DNA of 64,000 nt from Eledone cirrhosa (GCA_964016885.1 OZ024748.1:51956001-52020000), one strand, 5' to 3'; numbered from the stretch's first letter, positions 11,947-25,245 are shown. Program-made: numbers and translations. The notes: generated by a model not told the origin, from the sequence alone.

Positions 11947-12292
11947 GGGGGCACATGGCTTAGTGGTTAGAGCATTGGCCTTGCAATCGAAAGGTTCTGG
12001 GTTCAATTCTCACACCGGGTGATGTGTTGTTTCCTTGAGCAAGACACTTTATTTCACATTGCTCCAGTTTACTCAGCTGTAGAAATGAGATGATAGGGTC
12101 TGGGGTCCATATCATTCCACTGCAAAGTGGTCGTGGAGGTGCCACGGCAAAAAAGCACCCAGCACTCACTGTAAATGAGGTTGGTGTTAGGAAGGGCATC
12201 CAGCTGTAGAAATCAAGCCAGAATCAGTTCCTGTCCCACCCTTGCAAGCAGGGAAAAGCGGACGTAAAATGAAATGATGAAATGATGATGAT
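11947..12292 (+). mobile_element. tRNA-derived SINE family B (CORE-like body, RTE-type tail)
   Basis: A box TGGCTTAGTGG, B box GGTTCAATTCTC, CCTTGAGCAAGACACTT body, tail CCCACCCTTGCAAGCAGGGAAAAGCGGACGTAAAATGA matching the RTE 3' end at 3133-3168. Confidence 0.9.
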
Positions 12293-12319
12293 ATATATAT
12301 ATATATATATATAGTGCCG

Positions 12320-12503
12320 ATGAATTAATATTGTATCTGTATTATTTTTGACCGTCGGCCAGTCAATGGCAACATTGAGGACCGAGTAAGTTAGATCGCA
12401 GATATAAAAGACAGCGAGAAGCGAAAACCAACCAAACAGTGAGTGTGTTCTGTTATTAATTCTGGCAATATTACGCAAATATGACCCTCCCCAAGTATAA
12501 CAA
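12320..12503 (+). mobile_element. family P2 fragment (leader to ORF start MTLPKYN)
   Basis: Homologous to 8040-8203; bounded by (TA)n. Confidence 0.7.
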
Positions 12504-13431
12504 TATATATATATTAGTTGCATGTTCGTCCAAATGATCTCTTTCAGCAAATAAAGAAAGAATTATTGTTATCAATATTATTAATATATGTGTGGATGTG
12601 TAAACATGGAAGAGATATATTTATATATATATAGATATATATATATATATACACACACATGCACACACATATACACAAACACACACACACATATATATAT
12701 ATCTGCATTGTCCTAGTTTTGTATTACAAAAATAAAGAAGTGCTCAACACACCCCATATGTTAGAAGTTTGTAACATTTTGAAGTTATGTTCAGCTAAGG
12801 ACAAGATCCTACAGAATATATATTGAACCTAAACCAATTACACACACCCCCATACATAATAACGGTGATTTGCTAGACTGCCATGTATTGCCTGACAAAC
12901 ATTTAAAGAAGGAATGAACTACCCCTAAAGTTCAGGTTTTGTTACTTGCCTCCCTGAAATCCCTTCACTAAAGTGGACGTGAAATAAACACGGCAAAAAG
13001 CACCCAGCACACACTGTCAATGTGGTTGGCATTAGGAAGGGCATCCAGCTATAGAAAACCAGCCAGAAACAGCCAACCCAACTTGCCTCTAAATGGGACC
13101 CGTCTAACTCATGCTAGGGTGGATGATGATGATGATGAGTGCGTGTGCGTGTGTATACACGCACATATAGTGAGAGAATATGCTCCGAAATCATTAGACG
13201 TGTCTGTCGAACCTGGGGGTCCAGAATCAGGCAGACCCACACAATGGCTGTGTCTCGAGCTGTCTGCTAGGAAAACAATTGTAACACACAATAAATTGAG
13301 TTCAGATGCATCACTCATTTTTCGTTTTCTATTGTATCATACTCTGCTCTGTAAGAGCATAGAGTGCTCAACCAGCATACCACCTATGGAAGTATCTTAG
13401 CTACCATCAGACACACACATATATATATATA

Positions 13432-14464
13432 TCATCATCATCATTTAACGTCCATCTTCCATGCTTGCATGGGTTTGGATGGGAATTTTCCCACTTGAGG
13501 CAAGATTGGTTGACTTGCTCGTATAGGACTGTCTGGTGAGTTTTCTATGGCTGGATGCCCTTCCTAACACCAACCACGTTTACAGTGTGGACTGGGAGGT
13601 TTTTACCGTGTTACCTACACGGCCACATTACAGCATGGACTGTGTGTTTTTTTTGTCGTGACACCTACACGACCTCATTTGTTTCGGACTGGATGTTGTG
13701 GTACCAACATAACTTTACATTGAAAGGGGTGGTGTGGATGGGGTGGGGGTCGTGGGACGGGTTGTATTTTTGTTAGAGGTGCTTACTGACTGTAGGTTTC
13801 GCTTTGTACTTAGGCAAGGCGGGTCTTCTGTATTACTGTGTAGCGCCAAAGATCTCGGTCCAGTGACATTGTCTTGGAGAGGTGTAAGTGTGTGAGGTCA
13901 GAATTTATCAAGTCGTCCCAGGTTTTTCTGGGTCTGCCTACTCCGTGGCTACCGTCTATTTTTATCGCGCTGCACTTTTTTATACAGCTGTCGTCTTTCA
14001 TGCGCATAACATGACCGTACCAACGCAGTCTTCTCTCGAGTAAACAACATCTGATCCCTCTTATTCCTAATTTCTCCCTTAGTTCGTTTATGTTTTGCCG
14101 TTCACGTATATTACTACTACACATCCAGCGGAGCATGCAAACTTCATTCCTCTCCAGTCTGCGTATATCCTCTGCACACAATGCCCAAGTCTCACTGCCA
14201 TGTAACATTGCTGTTCGTATGCAGGCATCATACAGCCTGCCTTTCATTTTTAGAGAGAACCCTTTAGCGGCCAATAGTGGTATAAGCTCTCTGACTCTAG
14301 CTACTGTACTTTCAGAGCACCCTCCACCACTGCTGATTTTGTCACCCAGGTAACAGAAGGTGTCCACTATTTCTATAGAACCATTTGTGCAATGGAATGA
14401 GCTAGTATTCTGTGGGCACTTGCTGCTACTTATTGCACCTGTATTTTGGACATAAAATGGAGTT

Positions 14465-14470
<6 letters not shown>
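13432..14470 (-). mobile_element. RTE-clade LINE, 5'-truncated, with ~370-bp 3' UTR
   Basis: ORF 13810-14367 (FCYLGD...SETW...RRLRWYGHV...GRPRKTW); same family as 42815-45036. Confidence 0.92.
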
Positions 14471-14500
<30 letters not shown>

Positions 14501-14502
<2 letters not shown>

Positions 14503-14610
14503 CGAAGGAGGTGTGGTAAGGAACCAGATAGACTATAACGCACCAGAGTGCTCAGAAATAGCCGTCGAAACGGCTTGAGCTCTGCCGTCGGGGGTCAAAT
14601 ATTTTCCTGT
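14501..14610. mobile_element. family P4 cassette (hammerhead 3' half plus inverted tail piece)
   Basis: GAAA-CGGC(TTGAGCTCT)GCCG-TC-GGGG; homologous to 34791-34987 and 52234-52430. Confidence 0.65.
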
Positions 14611-14629
14611 ATATATATGTGTGTATATT

Positions 14630-14661
<32 letters not shown>

Positions 14662-15013
14662 CATGCACACACCCATATATGCACACAAATATATATATAT
14701 ATTAGAAAGTGAGGTTTTTTTTTACAAAATGAAAGATAACCGAGATGTCCTACACGAAAAAAATATATATTTGGTTCCTTTACTGGTTTCTCGCAGATGT
14801 GAGAAAAACCACAGACCCTCCATCTCAATTCTACTTTTGAAAAGCAAAAGAACAGCGAAACCGGTTTAAGGAACCAAATGAATATATATTTAAAAAAAAA
14901 AGACTCCTGTGGCATTTTCGATTTCATCTTTTTTCCTTATATATAGGCAGCTCCAACCGTTAAGGTTGTCTTTTTTTCCGGGTATGTCAATATTTATTTA
15001 TAAAACAAATCTG

Positions 15014-15079
15014 TATTTTATCTGATGAAAGCGCACCATAATTTGCCTTGGTTGCCCTTGAAATATGTATAATAAAATA
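15014..15079 (+). ncRNA. type I hammerhead ribozyme (family P1)
   Basis: TATTTTAT-CTGATGA-AAGCGCACCA..TGGTTGCCCTT-GAAA-TATGTA-TA-ATAAAATA; perfect 8-bp stem I. Confidence 0.8.
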
Positions 15080-15513
15080 AATATGGTTTTATAAATATAG
15101 TTTCCATTTATTAATATATTGTATATATATATATATGTATATGTTTATAAACATTGCATACATACATGTACATATGATATAAGAGCACATGCATGTGTAT
15201 GTATACACAGTTATAAATACTTTAAAATTCTTGCCAAGCTTACTTATTCTTGTACAATGTTGGTATTTTTAACAGACAATAAACTCATCAAAATTCTATT
15301 CTATGAAATACATTGTATTCTATAGACTAGAATGTTCCTCATTATTATTAGATTCAATTTAAGCTAATCTTACTAATATAAATAATCACATTTCTATATT
15401 ACTTAACTGCCTTCATAATTATTTCATCTAATTGGATTCATTTATAAATTGATATAAACTGATGGTTTCACTTGAGGCAACATACGTGTGTGTGTGTGCC
15501 AGTGACATATATG

Positions 15514-15545
<32 letters not shown>

Positions 15546-15629
15546 TACACACATATATATGTACAAATATATATATATATACAGGCACACACACACATAT
15601 ATATATGTACAAATATATATATATACAGG

Positions 15630-15673
<44 letters not shown>

Positions 15674-15865
15674 CATACATACATACACACACACATGTTG
15701 AACAATAAAAACAAAAGGTGAAGTGCAGTGCTTAAACAGTTCATTGTTTTACTATCGTTTCAGAAGGTTGATTGATCATGATAAATCAATATAGTGACTA
15801 ATCAATAGTAGTTATGTAGCTCCATATCATTTATGCTCCAAATCCATCTTGCCATATTCCTCAGA

Positions 15866-15906
<41 letters not shown>

Positions 15907-16389
15907 GTCATCTCACAAATAATGTCTAGAATATTATATATGTAATTTCTCTTACATATATACATGAAATTTTACAGTATTCTAAATTTCAAATGGTATT
16001 GATTGATACTCCTATATATTTGGAAACCTTTAACTTAATATAATTCTGTTTTAACAGATTAATCTGACTGAATTAATATTAACCCACAAAGACGAATACA
16101 ATTTTTACACACGCCCATATAGATGTATACACAAAAGACATACATGCACATATATGCAACTACGCATGTAAGTAAACGTTATTTGCAAATTGATTGAATT
16201 ATAAATCCACTTTTAGGAACAAGAAAATAAAGAATGCCACAGCTTTGTCTAGACATATATGGTAATGAAATAATAAAGGAACTATTTCAATGTTAAATAG
16301 TCAAACATTGACAATACATAATTGGAGAAAATATTGCCACTTATGTGCATGATCATCATTTTTCGTCTGCTTTCAATACTGGTATTTGA

Positions 16390-17500
16390 AAGCCAATCAT
16401 ATCAACCTGAGTACATGACTGGTACTCTATTTTATCAACCTCTGGAGACTGAAAAGCAAAGTTAACCTTGGTAAGGTCATCATCATCATCACCATTTTAT
16501 GTCAATTTTTCCACACTAGCATGGGTTAAATGGGTTGTCCTGTTGTGGGCGATGCTAGGTCAGGCGACCATGTCTTGCACATAAAGAACTGATTTGTGCT
16601 TGGTTTCTACAGCTGGATTCCCTTCCTAACACCAACGTCATTTATAGCGAGTACTGGGTCCTTTTTTCGTGACACCAGCATGACCACTTTACAGTGTGGA
16701 ATGTAGGATGTAAACTCAAAATGTAAAGAACCAAAACAAATATTGCTAAGCATTTGTTCAACACTATCAAATCTGCCAATCCACCACTTGTTGAGTAATA
16801 CTTTCTGAATTTGGTACAAGGCCAGACATTTTCTATAGGGGAAAGTTGATATGAACTCCAGTGGTTGACCGGTTTTATTTTAACAATGGAAGAATGAAAG
16901 AAAGATAGCCTCAAAATTTGAACTCAGAATATGAAGAGTCAAAATAAATATGGCTGAGCATTCCTTCAATGCTTTAACAACTATGCCAACCCACCACCTG
17001 TAAAATAATTGGTTCTACATTTGGCAGAAGTTCAGCACCTGGAGAGAAGGGAACAGTAGATCAAATCAACCCCAATGCATTACTGATACATTATTTTATT
17101 GATTCTGAAAGATAAAGTTAATCTCAACGAGATTTGAACTAAAATAATACAAATGGTTTCTGATTTAGACACAAGGCCAACAATTTGGAGGGGGAGTGGA
17201 AAGTTCATTAAATCAACTCCAGTGCATTACTGGTACTTTATTTTATTGACCCCATAAGAATGAAAAGCAAAGCTAACCTCAACGAGATTTGAACTCAATA
17301 TTAATAACAATGTTTCTACATTTGGCACAAGGCCAGCAATTACCCCAGTGCATTACTGGTATTTTATTTTATCGACCCCATGAGGATTAAAGGCAAGGTT
17401 AACCTCAGTAGGATTTTAACTCAGAACGTAAAGGGCCATAACTTCATGCTGCAAAGCATGGTGTCTGACGCTCTACCGATACTACCGATACAAACTCAGA
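16390..17500 (-). mobile_element. cluster of head-to-tail family A SINE copies/fragments plus a family B/RTE-tail fragment
   Basis: Repeated ACAAGGCC...CTGGTACTTTATTTTAT..ACCCC...TTGAACTCAG modules. Confidence 0.75.
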
Positions 17501-20500
17501 TAATAATAATAAAACCTGGAATTAAACAATGATACCAAAGGAAGCATCTAGATGGCCCCTCCAGTGGCTAGAAATAGTACTATCAACACCATTCATGCAG
17601 CATAATGCTCTTTATGTATAATGGCTATATCATCATCATCATTATCATCATTTAATGTCCATTTTCCATGCTAGCATTGGTTAGACGAATTGTTCTGACA
17701 TTGTGAAACAAGTTAGATCAAGTGGACAGACAGTTGTATTTAGCTGCTATCTCTAGCACTTTAAGCTCCCCCCCCCCCCATTATGGAGACTCATACTCTC
17801 ACTTTTTTAACCCCTCTTTATTAAACAATATGGTGCTTGTTAATACTTGTTGTCTTGTGTTATATCTCCAATAGGGTACCTTTCAATATCCTCTTATTTT
17901 ACTTACGAAATGTTGAAATAACATATTTACTATATATTTATAGTCAATGAACCACATATATGTTTTCTCTTTGATTCGTTTAGCATTGATCTTTGGTATA
18001 TGATGGCAAATGGCAACAAAATTTTATTACACCATATATCTCACTCAATATCCTTTACTCCTAAAAACTAAAATAAAAAAATAATGTTTGTTGATGAAGA
18101 TTTAAAACTCAGCTAATCAAACAATCATAAACGTTAATACTTTCAGTCTTTCACTAGCAAGAAGATCCACCCTACCACAGCCACTGCATCAATAAATAAC
18201 ATCAACAACAAGAAAAAAACATCTACCAAATTGGAAATGTTAAGGGTCAAGGAAAGATGTAGAAGACAGCTTTGATGGGGGTAGGGAGAAATCTTTTAGC
18301 CTCGTTAATTTTCTCATCCTTTACCTCAAACTTGTTTTTAAAACGAAACAGTGGTGAGGAGTTATTTACATAAAAAGTATCTGTTCTTAGAAACAGAACT
18401 TCAAAGGATATACTTTCTCAGCTATAAATTTAGGGTGGATCTTTCTACTCCTAAGCCTTCATGTATAAGTGTCGACAGGTGTGGATAAAACTGATTTAGT
18501 TGGGGCTATGTAATTCTTTGAAATTTGAGTTTAATGAGAGGAGAAAAAAATGTCCTCAAAACTAACAAACGTTTTTATTTTTGCATGTATGATGGGGTGT
18601 AGGCCTAAGATGCCCCCCAGCTTAATAACGCCACCTGGTCTTTAGGTGCTTTCAGCAGAGTTTACCCTGTTGCACAAGCATAAAAAATAGTTTCTTTCAG
18701 ATGTTCGAGCTGAACATCAGCCACATGAAACTCATCAGTCTGGGAAGGTCTTCAACTGTTATAAGTATAGACTTTCTTCCAATGATTATTACATAAGTTA
18801 GTTTTTCTTCTCCCAATAAATTTCTTATGAAAGTTAACAATTTTGTTATGTTTCTAATGAAATATGCCACCAACAATTTCAAAATATTTTGAAAATAAAA
18901 AGAATTTTTATAGATTTAGTAATATAATTTTCACATTATTAAACTAGTGTTCTGAACATTATAAAGGTTTTTTAGATAAATATAAACATTTTAAAACAAA
19001 AATGTTAGTATCATAGAACAAGGGGCAAATTCGGGTGTTTTGTATTAAAAGGGTTAGTCTATAGACATTCTGTATAAAGATAATAAAAAAAAAATAGTGC
19101 CAGAATATTTTTCAGAGGAAAAGAAATTTTTCTCCTTGAAATTTTCTACTTATTTCTTGTATTTTTTACTTTATATACAACATTATATTTATTTTTTATG
19201 TGAAGCAGATACATAGGTTATTGGAAATAAAATTGAAAATCAAAACAAAACAAGCAATGTGTGGTGAACATTTTTATAGACAAATAAACTGCTTTGAAGA
19301 TTTTAGAGATGAGAGGAGTTGGACATTTGTCTTTGGATTTCGTAAACAAATCCAAATAAACAAATTTGCACATGTGTGGGTATATAGTAGTACATATATG
19401 TGTGTATGTATGTGAGTTTGTATGTGTGTTTTCAGATATTGCTACTACATGTTTGTATGTCTTCTCCCAGATATTGCTCTATAACTATATATATTTGTGT
19501 GCATGTGTTCATGTGTGTATGTGCACATATATGTATGTCTTCTAGATAATGCTTTATACCTATATACCTGTGTGGGTGTTCTTGTATGGATACATACAAA
19601 TTACATAAACATACATTTGTTACCCTGAAGGATATTGCATACGAGGAGGTGGAAAATAGGAAATGTTTCTGTTACAATTGCTCATGGTTACAGATCATTC
19701 TAAGAATTGTGCAGATCCACTACCTTTGGAAAAGCATGAACATCACCACAATGTATCATAACCAATGATGATATTTTATATTTTGAGAACAATACCTTAA
19801 CGTTGGTATGAGCAACTGGTTTGAACAGATAGAGGTGAGAGTTCTGGCCGGATATGGCCGGTTTAAATGCTAAAGGGTTAATGTACACTATCCTTGTTAG
19901 GATGGGTAGGACAGTTGATTAGCAGACCTGTTTGGCTCACAAAACCGAGGTACTTAACCTACAGTTGGCAGGCACTACCCCATTATCCATAAGCTCAGAA
20001 CTCATGACTACTTTGTACAGTTTTTAAGTGTATGTGAGATAAAACCAATCAGGATAGAATACATGTATGAATGTTTGTGTCAATTGAGGTTTTGATAAAA
20101 AAAATTAGGAATGAATTATATTTACAAGAGAATATGATTTACAAAAGGTGAACCAAACCTAACAAGGTGTCATGCCTTAACATCATTGAAACTTACTCCA
20201 GGTGTATTAAAATGTAAGAAACAAATTTAACCTTTTCAGAACCACATTCTAATGTTATACACTGCCTTTCTGTCAAAGTTTAATTTTGACAATAATCAAG
20301 AATTCAGAGAGCTTTAACAAAATAGCTAACCTTTTCATTATTATGATGTTGTTTGGAACATAACTGAACAAAAGGTTCTTATTTAAAATTATGATCAGTT
20401 TTAATTGAAGTACGAACAATTTAAAATGAAGAGCTTTTGTTTCATAAAACTAGAGGGGGTTTCAGTCATGAATTCAATGGGAAATTTTACACATTCATGT

Positions 20501-20921
20501 GTAATAATGTTTTTTCAGATTCCGATTCTAACCTCAGCTGCTCAGGTATGAAGTTTTGATGGCATTGTAACAAAATCCACGTGAGACTGTATTTTTCTTT
20601 TATATTCATTCACTTTCACTCTCTCATTTATTTATTTAATTTAAATAGGTTATTGAAAACATCTACAAAAGGAAAATGATAAGCAATAGGAAATTAATTC
20701 AAAAAATTAAATATGAAAGGGAAAAACCATAATAATAATAATAATAATAATAATAATAGTAATAATAATGACGCACACAAAAAACAAACAAACTAATAAA
20801 CAAATGAAAAGGAATAACAAAAAAAAAATTAACAGTTATGAAAAAGAAATGGGCAAGGGATGTGTTATATAGGTTCATAAACTGTGGTTGGGAAATATAT
20901 ATATATATAAACCTATATATA

Positions 20922-20962
<41 letters not shown>

Positions 20963-21177
20963 ATGAGAAATAGAGAGACAAAAGAAGATAGGAATTAGTG
21001 AATGATTGTGAGGAAGGGAGAAGAATGGCAACTATAGAATTAGCTTTCATCTAAGCTTTAGACTGATATTATTGTTTGTGATAAGGATAAAAAGGAAATG
21101 AAAAAAAAGAAAAAAAATGACATCACTTTCTGTCAAGTTATAAATGAACAGAATTTACAATACCATTTAAGAATAAT

Positions 21178-21360
21178 TGTTTCTACTTTAGGCACAAGGC
21201 CAGCAATTACCCAGTGCATTACTGGTACTTTATTTTATCGACCCCGTAAGGATTAAAGGCAAAGTCAACCTCGGCGGGATTTGAACTCAGATCGTAAAGG
21301 GACGTAACTATGCTGTAAAGCATGGCGTCCAACCCTCTACCGATACTGCCAATCCACCAC
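21178..21360 (-). mobile_element. SINE family A with 21-bp target-site duplication
   Basis: ACAATACCATTTAAGAATAAT at 21157-21177 and 21361-21381. Confidence 0.92.
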
Positions 21361-21546
21361 ACAATACCATTTAAGAATAATGATACAATATGGATGAAGT
21401 TAGTGAAATTATGACATTAACTAGTAACCAAACCATTACTGTTTAATGTTTGTATGTGTGTATGGTTAGCTAAGTACAAAGTGAACACATTCACACAAGT
21501 ATCTCTAAATACATTACATATATAGATATCTCTTTCCATATACATT

Positions 21547-21592
<46 letters not shown>

Positions 21593-21716
21593 AAAGTTCT
21601 ATTTAAATTGTTGGGATACAACAAGCAAATATTTTTATAACTGATATAAAGCACTCAAGTATTTGGAGTAAACATACGATATTAACAAATGGAAACTATA
21701 TTTATAAAACCATATT

Positions 21717-21776
21717 TATTTTATTATACATATTTCAAGGACACCACGTTGAATTCTGGTATGCTTTCATCAGACA
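21717..21776 (-). ncRNA. hammerhead (family P1), stem I 5' arm truncated
   Basis: Inverted copy of 21861-21925. Confidence 0.6.
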
Positions 21777-21860
21777 GTATAGTATCCTGGAGCTTCCAAC
21801 AGTAATGGCTGCATTTTTTAAGGGTATGTCAATATTTATTTATAAAACTGTTATATATTG

Positions 21861-21925
21861 TATTTTGTCTGATGAAAGCATACCATAATTCAACGTGGTG
21901 TCCTTGAAATATGTATAATAAAATA
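21861..21925 (+). ncRNA. type I hammerhead ribozyme (family P1)
   Basis: TATTTTGT-CTGATGA-AAGCATACCA(TAATTCAACG)TGGTGTCCTT-GAAA-TATGTA-TA-ATAAAATA. Confidence 0.82.
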
Positions 21926-22339
21926 AATATGGTTTTATAAATATAGTTTCCATTTGTTAATATCGTATATATATATATATATATATAAAGTATTGCAGAA
22001 CAGATGTTGAGATTATGTCAAATAAAATGAACTCTAAGTTTGAAGCTAGACTGCAACCAAAAAAGTGTCAAGTAGTATTGTAATGCAAATGTGTATGCCT
22101 TCTATGGATATAAAGCTCTTTCAGTAGCTGTTTATTATGGTATGCACAAATACATATCTACACAAGAACATTATAAGTCATTTTCCCTGCTAAATCAGAT
22201 TTTAACCTCTCAGGCCCTGTATAAACATCATGGGTTTTTATTTGGCAATAATTTACGGCCAAATGACTTTTCAAGCTGTAACTAGTTTAGTAACCACATA
22301 CTATGCACATATTTGCATGTGTCTGTGTGTGTGTGTGTT

Positions 22340-22369
<30 letters not shown>

Positions 22370-22370
<1 letters not shown>

Positions 22371-22610
22371 CATCATCATCGTCGTTTAACGTCCATCTTC
22401 CACGCTTGCATGGGTTTGGACGGGAATTTTCCCACTTGAGGCAAGATTGGTTGTCTTGCTTGTATAGGACTGTCTGGTGGGTTTTCTATGGCTGGATGCC
22501 CTTCCTAACACCAACCACGTTTACAGTGTGGACTGGGAGGTTTTTACTGTGTTACCTATATGGCCATATTACAGCATGGACTGTGTGTTTTTTTGTTGTG
22601 ACACCTACAC
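22370..22610 (-). mobile_element. RTE 3' UTR fragment
   Basis: Near-identical to 13432-13670. Confidence 0.85.
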
Positions 22611-23106
22611 AATATATATATATATATAAACTGTCTGTGGTGCCAAGACCAGGGACACCCTTCAAAAGGTTTGCCGAACACAAGCTGAAATCGCTTGGTG
22701 TCACGGTCGGGTTTGTAACTTCCTATATATATGTATATATACACACAAACACAGAGACAAAAGCACAATTGCTGACAATCATATCCTTCTATTCCTGTTG
22801 CCATGGTGCTCATTTATACAACTCTGAACAAACTCAACACACACACACATACTTCCTTTTTTTATATATATATCAGCACATATATGGCAGCATACCTACA
22901 TAAATTACATACATACATACACACATGCATACATATTCATAAGGAATTGTTTAAAAGCATATATCAATACAAGAATAGATATTCATATGAGCACATTTTG
23001 TGTATTTGCATATACAGACACACATGTATATATTTACAAACACACACACACACAAATCTATGGACACCAGCACATATTCACACACATGCACAAACAGACA
23101 GACATG

Positions 23107-23144
<38 letters not shown>

Positions 23145-23274
23145 GCACATACATACTCATATTGGGTAAAGAAATAAACTTATACAAAGATTTTAATACA
23201 TATACATCCAGCAACATCTCTCTCAAATTGTATGAGAACAGTTATACAATCACAACCAAATCCACCCACCCAAA

Positions 23275-23325
<51 letters not shown>

Positions 23326-24290
23326 CACACATACACAAACAAACAAATTACATGCACACAATCATACGCACATATACGTGCACACATGCAGAAAGGCAGC
23401 ACTTGAATGCTTGGGAAGTTAATTTCAAACTTATCTTCCACTGGGAAATTAATTCTTTTAAATTGATCCAAGATAATTCTACCTGGGGCGAAATTCTTTA
23501 GTCTGTGAGTTACAATTAAATTGACTTATCTCCGAATATATAATTAACCAGCCTCCACACAACTCGCAGTCTTGGATTAGAAAAAAAAAATTAAAATAAC
23601 CACTACACACATACATAGATATATGAATAGAAAAATACATTTATACAAATCTATGTATATGCACATATACACATATATATGAACACACGTAAGAAAAGAA
23701 AATCACATACACACACAGACATATATATATATATATATACACTCTTAAAAGAAAATCCCAAATTGTATGCATGCATGTATTTGTGTGTATGTGATGAGTG
23801 TACACAGAGAATACATTAAAAAAAGTGAAAATTACATATAAATACACAGACACATATACATGCAGAGATCTTGGAAAAAATATCTCACAAGTGATGCACA
23901 CACAACTTAGAAGAAAAATTATACACGCATTAATATACATATATATACATACATGCTCAACCTCTCTCGCAATACAATTTTAAAATCACATACTTGGACG
24001 AAACAAAAAGATACAATGCATACATACACACACACATATATATATTCAAAGAAAATACCATGTAAATACACATATATTCATACATAAATACACAAATACA
24101 CATATACATGAAATGAAGAATGCAAGAAGAAAAACTTAAGGCAAATTTGATTATAGTTATCATTATATTACTATTATTGTTATCGTTATTATTATTATTA
24201 TTACTATTATTAACATTATCATCTTTATTATTTCTTATACTGTAAACTTTATGAATGGTAAATCTGTGTTCTATATTTTAGCATATCTAA

Positions 24291-24339
<49 letters not shown>

Positions 24340-24524
24340 ATATATATTATGATGCATTAATATATATACACTGGAATACAAATGTAGATTCTTTACAATC
24401 AGAAACATGTGCAACACATGCATGTATGTATATATATATACACATACATGTATACATAGATAATTATTAGGAAAAAACTGAAGAAATATAGATAGCTGGA
24501 AAATATAGAGAGACTGGTAGATAT

Positions 24525-24750
24525 AGCAGCATACATAGATAAATAAATATTAAAGGGAGGTTTAACATACAACCATATATATATATATACACACAAACAC
24601 ACACACATACACACAATTGACAAACCACCAAACCACAGATAAATAAATATTAAAGGGAGGTTTAACATACAACCATATATATATATATATATATATATAC
24701 ACAAACACACACACATACACACATTTGACAAACCACCAAACCACAGATGA
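24525..24750. repeat. local tandem duplication (~105-110 bp)
   Basis: AGATAAATAAATATTAAAGGGAGGTTTAACATACAACC...TTGACAAACCACCAAACCACAGAT occurs twice. Confidence 0.85.
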
Positions 24751-24885
24751 AGAAATATCAATCCATTGCTAAATATTAAAGTATGTAAGATAAAGTATAG
24801 GTGTGTGTGTGTATATATATAAATAAATATACAAACACGCACATGTAAGTATATACATACACACATGGCTTTTATATATATATAT

Positions 24886-25245
24886 ATTGTTATACTTTGG
24901 GAGGGTCATGTTGACAATAAGAAACACATGCACCAGTTGCTTTCACTTCAATTTATTACAAATTAAATTATACATTTAAAAAAATTTATAAATTTCTGGT
25001 TGGTTGGTTCCACAACCGGACGGTTGTTCACATATTGTCAAAGTTCTTTCGTCACACATTCTGTGACCTCTTCAGTGACTGGGGATTGTTTTCTTTGTTT
25101 TGTGCCTCTGCTTTGTCCTGTCCTATGCCATCTTGTTTTTGTCTGTGTTTCTTATTGGCAACATGACCCTCCCAAAGTATAACAAAATCGGTTTCAACAC
25201 ACGTTTTCAGATAAAGAATCTTGCTAAACAAATTCAGAAACGACA
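24886..25245. mobile_element. family P2-related cassette: inverted ORF-start arms around a minus-strand hammerhead
   Basis: 24887-24928 is the reverse complement of ~25144-25185; + arm reads MTLPKYNKIGFNTRFQIKNLAKQIQKR. Confidence 0.75.
25037..25079 (-). ncRNA. type I hammerhead ribozyme (P2-related)
   Basis: Minus strand: GTCA-CTGAAGA-G-GTCACA(GAATG)TGTGAC-GAAA-GAAC-TT-TGAC. Confidence 0.82.

Larger units (their letters stand above)
21590..21965 (+). mobile_element. family P1 cassette with internal inverted duplication and two hammerheads
   Basis: 21677-21776 is the reverse complement of 21866-21965; the rest matches the reverse complement of 8505-8770; flanked by (TA)n. Confidence 0.8.

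Noticed and set aside
11947-12020. tRNA gene
   Set aside because: A/B boxes present but it is the head of a multi-copy SINE without a proper cloverleaf
18700-18745. CTGATGA on the minus strand (similar isolated hits at ~1007, ~2932, ~47699, ~48657)
   Set aside because: No correctly placed stem II/GAAA/UH or stem I
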